DNA of 64,000 bases from Octopus vulgaris (Eukaryota). Both the position numbers and the translations under genes were made by a program. Location: NCBI GenBank assembly GCA_951406725.2, contig OX597817.1, forward strand, positions 40,796,001 to 40,860,000, in the 5' to 3' direction. Under the pieces are notes generated by a model. That model searched no databases. It was given only the letters and a program-made list of their open reading frames with translations, and was not told the origin of the DNA. Positions 59,322-64,000 of the stretch are shown here, piece by piece; the first letter of the stretch is position 1; every line of letters starts with the position of its first letter.

Positions 59322-59715
59322 CATCATCATCATCATCATCATCAACATCATCATCATCATCATCGTTTAACGTCCGCTTTCCATGCTAGCATGGGTTCGA
59401 CGATTTGACTGAGGTCTGGCGAAACAGATGGCTGCACCAGGCTCCAATCTGGCAGAGTTTCTACAGCTGGATGCCCTTCCTAACGCCAACCACTCTGAGC
59501 ATGTAGTGGGTGCTTTTATGTGCTACCAGCACGAAGGCCAGTCAGGCAGTACTGGCAACGGCCATGCTCAAGTGGTGTTTTTTATGTGCCACCTGCACAG
59601 GAGCCAGTCCAGTGGCACTGGCAATGACCTCGCTCGAATGTTTTTCACATGCCACTAGCACAAGTGCCAGCAAGGCGATGCTAGTAATAATTATGCTTGA
59701 ATGGTGCTTTATTTT
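59322..59715 (-). mobile_element. RTE 3' UTR/tail copy
   Basis: (CAT)n, tail and about 4 GGCAC-module repeats. Confidence 0.85.
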
Positions 59716-59749
59716 ATTATAAATGCAAAACAACACCACGGAAGAATCA

Positions 59750-60290
59750 TTAGAATCATTAGCTAGCAGAACCATTAGCACACCAGGCAAAATGCTTAGA
59801 AGCCTCTCATCTGTCTTTGCATTCTAGGTTCAAATTCTGCAAAAGTTAACTTTGCCTTTCATCCTTTCAGGATCGAAAAAATAAGTACCTGTTGAACTTT
59901 GGGGTCGATGTAGTCAACTTAACACCACTCCTGAACTTGCTGGCCTTGTGCCAAAATTTGAAACCAATATTGTAATTTTGATAATTATATTTGATACCAT
60001 TTTTGTTGTGGTTATTATTATTATTATAGTTTAAAGTTATATCATTACTTTTATTATTAATAATAGCAGTTAGACAGTGCACAGGCAGAATCATCAGTAT
60101 GTTGGATGAACTGCTTAGTGGTATTTCAGTCATCACTATGTTCTGAGTTCAAATTCCACCTAGGTTGACTTTGCCTTTCATCCTTTAGAGATTGATAAAA
60201 TAATTACCAGCTAAGTACTAGGGTCAATGTAATCGACTTGACCCCTCCCTGCAAATTTCAGGCCTTGTGCCTTTGTTAGAAAGGATTATT
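59750..60290 (+). mobile_element. Two tandem SINE family B copies
   Basis: GTTCAAATTC..TTTGCCTTTCATCCTTT core twice; GGCCTTGTGCC tails. Confidence 0.8.
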
Positions 60291-60302
60291 AATAGCAGTA
60301 TT

Positions 60303-60863
60303 GTTGAGTGAGAGAGCAGTGCATGCCATCAAAGTGACACTGGGGTACAAATATATGAAGCCCAATATACCCATCATGACTACCTGTCTGATTAAGGGTA
60401 CTCCAGGCACATGCATCATAACCATATGTGTATGACATGGTGATCTCATATCAAAATAAACAGTGCATGATCTTGCAGGTAGAGCCCAGTTAGAAATTTC
60501 TTCAGGTTGAGTAGCCAATCCTGTTTAAAAGGTCCCTGAATAAGAGTTGCTTAAGAATGTTGAATGAAACACCCATGTTCCCAAAGGTGAATTATTCAAA
60601 TCCCAAAGATTTCCTCTCAGCACATGGCTATGATACTCCCCAACTACTTCTGCTCATGATCAAAGATGCAATCATCATCAGCCACCAAGGGTGGTTAAAG
60701 TCAAACTGTTTTAGGTCAAGCAACTGACAAGTAAATCTGTGGTATTGAGCAGAATATTTGCTGTAGCCCATCTTTTACACCAAGACAAAACATGTATGTG
60801 ATAAAACTTCCAATCAGTTAAGATAAGAAGTCATGAGAGCCACTGCCTGGTATTGCATCAGAG
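60303..60863. mobile_element. Unclassified ~560-bp insertion with 10-bp TSD
   Basis: TAGCAGTATT at 60293-60302 and 60864-60873. Confidence 0.6.
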
Positions 60864-60914
60864 TAGCAGTATTATTATTATGGTTGTTGTTGTTGTTATT
60901 ATTATTATTATTAT

Positions 60915-61170
60915 TATCCCTTTGTAACACAGTGTAGGTAAAAATGCACTGGAGTCTTTAGTCATCTGTCAAGTCACAACAAGGACTTCAGAAAGATAAT
61001 ACTTTCCTTAAGATGTGTCCTGTGCCCAATAAAGCTGCTTTTTGCAAGACATCAATCTTGCATGGGATTTCCAGCTGCCTTAAGAAGTCTTGAAGCTTCA
61101 AGGGGATCGAGCCCAACACTCCAATAACCACTGGTATCACTTTTACATTACCCTCTTGCATTCCATACAC
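60915..61170 (-). mobile_element. R4/Dong-type LINE 3' fragment (second family) between (TAA)n tracts
   Basis: KVIPVVIGVLG...LQKAALLGTGHILRKVL*. Confidence 0.8.
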
Positions 61171-61184
61171 TATTATTATTATTA

Positions 61185-64000
61185 TTTTTTCTTCTTTCAA
61201 ATTTGCTTCCATTTCTTGCCGAGTGTCTTCCCGACTCCTAGGGCAAAGAAACTCATAGTATACATTGGTAGGCCATTAAACCAAACTCAATAGTTCGTTC
61301 ATTTTTTAATTTTTTATTTTTTTAAGTTAAATTAAAATACATGAGCAGCAACAGTTCTCACATCGACAATGCTCTTCTCAATATGTGTGATGTACCAGTT
61401 AAAACAATCTTTTGCACTTCTTGCAGGGATGGTAAGCCAGGGATCATTCTCATATAATTTTCGGTTCCCTTCTTGATCATTCCTAGTGCTCCTACGATCA
61501 CTGGTATTGTAACTGCCTTGAGATGCCACATTTTCTCAATTTCAATAAGTAGGTCTTTATATTTTCTGAGCTTGTCAAACTCTTTTGCTGAGATATTATG
61601 ATCACAGGGGATGCTCATGTCGATCAATAAGCAAACTTTATTGTTTTGGTCTTTCACAACAATATCTGGTTTATTGGCCTTGATGGTTCGGTCTGTATGT
61701 ACTGGAAAGTCCCACAGAATGGTTACATTTTCTCCTTCAGTTACAGCCTCAGGGTGGTGATTATACCACTTGTCGGCAGTTTTGATATTGTAATGCCGAC
61801 TTATTAGCCAGTGGAGATATTGGCCAACTCTGTCATGTCTTAATTTATACTCCACTGGTGCTAAGACTTTACATCCAGAGATTAGGTGGTCCACTGTTTC
61901 AATCCTGTCGTTGCAGAATCGGCATTTTGGGTCTGCTCCATTTTTCATCACATTGGCCTGGTAGTTCCGGGTTAATAGGCTTTGATCTTGAGCAGCCAGG
62001 ATGAAACCTTCACTCTCTGCTTTTAGCCCTGAGCTCCATAGCCACTGATGGGTTTGCTTCTGGTCAACATCAGCTTGTTTGCTGTAGGTCACATATTTGC
62101 CGTGCAGAGGTTTCTCCTCCCACCTATCAGCCAATTGCTCGTGCGCTTTTTTCGTTGCCATCATTTTCACCTTCTTTGCAACAATAGTTGCCGTACTTCC
62201 CTCGGGTTGTTCAGTTTGGGTATCCTGCACGAGATCAATAGCAAATTTTTTGCTTTCCTTTATGATAGAATGAAGCTTCTTTCGTCTCTCGTGATTTTCC
62301 ATGAGCTTTAGCATCCAGTCATTCGATATTTCGAGATATTTGGCCAGTCCAATTGTGGTTGTTTTGTAAGCTAGTTCAAATTGGATCAGGCCTCGACCTC
62401 CTTGGGCTCTGGGAAGGTAAAGGCGATCTACGTCTGCCTTTGGGTGGTGCATCCTATTACAACTCAGCAGCTTGCGTACTTTCCTATCTATATTCTTTAC
62501 TTCACTCATATTCCAGTTCAACACATTGTAGCTATAAGTAACAACTGGAACTGCTAAGGAATTTATAGCTAACACCTTGTTACGTGCATTTAGTTCAGAT
62601 TTCAGGACTGCACGAACTCTCCTATAACATTCCTTCCTGATCTTCTCTTTCATGCTTGCATGCTGAATACCAGAGCCTTCATTTATCCCTAAATATTTGT
62701 ATGTTTGTTCTTGCTCAAGCTCTCTTATGACTGTGTCAACATCTAACACGACTGAATTTGTGGTCTTCACTTTCCCTTTCTGGAAAGTGGCCTTGGCACA
62801 CTTCTCAAGTCCAAACTCCATCCCGATGTCATCGCTGAATGCTTTCACGGTGTGCAATAGGCCTTCAAGTTCATTATTGTCTTTACCATAAAGTTTTAAG
62901 TCATCCATATAAAATAGATGGCTTATTTTTTTATTGGCAATTTTATACCCATACCCTGTTCTGTTTAATTCACTTGTAAGGGGTATTAGGGCTATGCAGA
63001 ATATTAAAGGTGAAAGTGAGTCACCTTGAAAAATTCCACAGTTGATGTTTATATTTTCTGAGGCAAGTACTCCATTAGAGTGGTATAATTGGAGATTCGT
63101 ATTCCACAACGACATATTGTGCTTCAGGAAGCTTGAAATCACAGGGGAAATTTTGAAGATGTCCAGCGATCTCAAGATATATGGATGCGGTATACTGTCG
63201 AAGGCCTTTTTATAGTCAATCCATGTGGTGCTGAGATTTCTGCACTTGTTGTGACAGTTCTCAAGGATCATACGATTGATTAGCAGTTGATCTTTGCATC
63301 CGTAAGAGCCACGGCGGCACCCTTTTTGTTCAATGGGGAAAATATCGTTCTTCTCCATGAATGCATATGTTTTCTCCGCCAGGATAGATGTTAGGATTTT
63401 ATACGTGGTGGATAGACAGGTTATAGGCCGATAGTTTTTTGGAAGGTTGGTTTCGTTATTCTTTGGGAGTAGGTAAGTAATGCCACTTGCTAACCATTCA
63501 GGTGTTTTCTTTGGGTCTCTCATAATTCCATTGAGCAGCTGAACTAGCTTACCATGTGCGCATGGGAGCGATGCGAGCCAGAAATTCGGCACCCTATCTT
63601 TACCGGGGGATTTCCAATTATGGGCCTTCGTGAGTGCCTTTCTTAGGTCTGCTATTGTGATGTCTTCCCATGCTTGTTGTAAATTTTGGTAGGATCCTTC
63701 AGTGTGTATAATCCAGTCTGCATTTATGTTGTACGTCTTCTTGTCACTCCAAATCCTTTTCCAAAAGTTTTGAACTTCTTCCATGGGAGGGGGTCTTTAA
63801 CGGTTACTTTCTCCTTCCCTATTTCTCTGTAGAATTTTTTGGCATTGGATGTGAACAGCTTATTTTGCTTGTAAAACTTGTTTCTCTTCTCAAATCTTCG
63901 TATTCTTTGGGCTTTTGCTTGGACTTTTTGTTTCAGCGTTTCTTTTATTGATATCAGTTCTTCTCTTGGTGAGGATCCAAATTTTCTCTTCATCTTTCTT
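61185..64000 (-). mobile_element. R4/Dong-clade RLE non-LTR retrotransposon; runs off the window end
   Basis: RT-CCHC-RLE ORF, short 3' UTR, ends in (TAA)n. Confidence 0.9.
61358..64000 (-). CDS. Dong/R4 polyprotein (RT, zinc finger, restriction-like endonuclease); frameshift near 63785
   Basis: NWKSPG, NYRPITCL, KKAFDS, GIFQGDSLSP, YMDD, YKYLG, GGRGL, CRFC..ETVDHLISGC..RHD, KPD..LID..K..KY. Confidence 0.9.

Overview
Eukaryotic, AT-rich, repeat-saturated DNA. The SINE and RTE-tail families resemble those of octopus, so a coleoid cephalopod origin is likely (inference). Bases 1-14905 are a highly homogeneous satellite of about 54 units of 275 bp. The remaining 49 kb is a nested mosaic of retroelements and microsatellites. 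It holds a near-intact Tx1-clade LINE (gag-knuckle ORF1, APE-RT ORF2) inserted into the (ATT)n tail of a CR1-type LINE. It also holds an R4/Dong-type RLE LINE at the right end, a decayed HERO-like RLE LINE, several RTE copies whose RT carries an internal PHD finger, and Penelope-like remnants. Five degenerate hammerhead ribozyme motifs are present, along with tRNA SINEs, hAT/pogo/piggyBac-type MITEs and a Helitron-like element. No intact host gene is visible. Four exon-like segments with splice signals and frame lesions appear to belong to one unidentified gene but lie on opposite strands, suggesting a rearranged pseudogene or a mis-assembly. All calls were made by eye; no searches were run.
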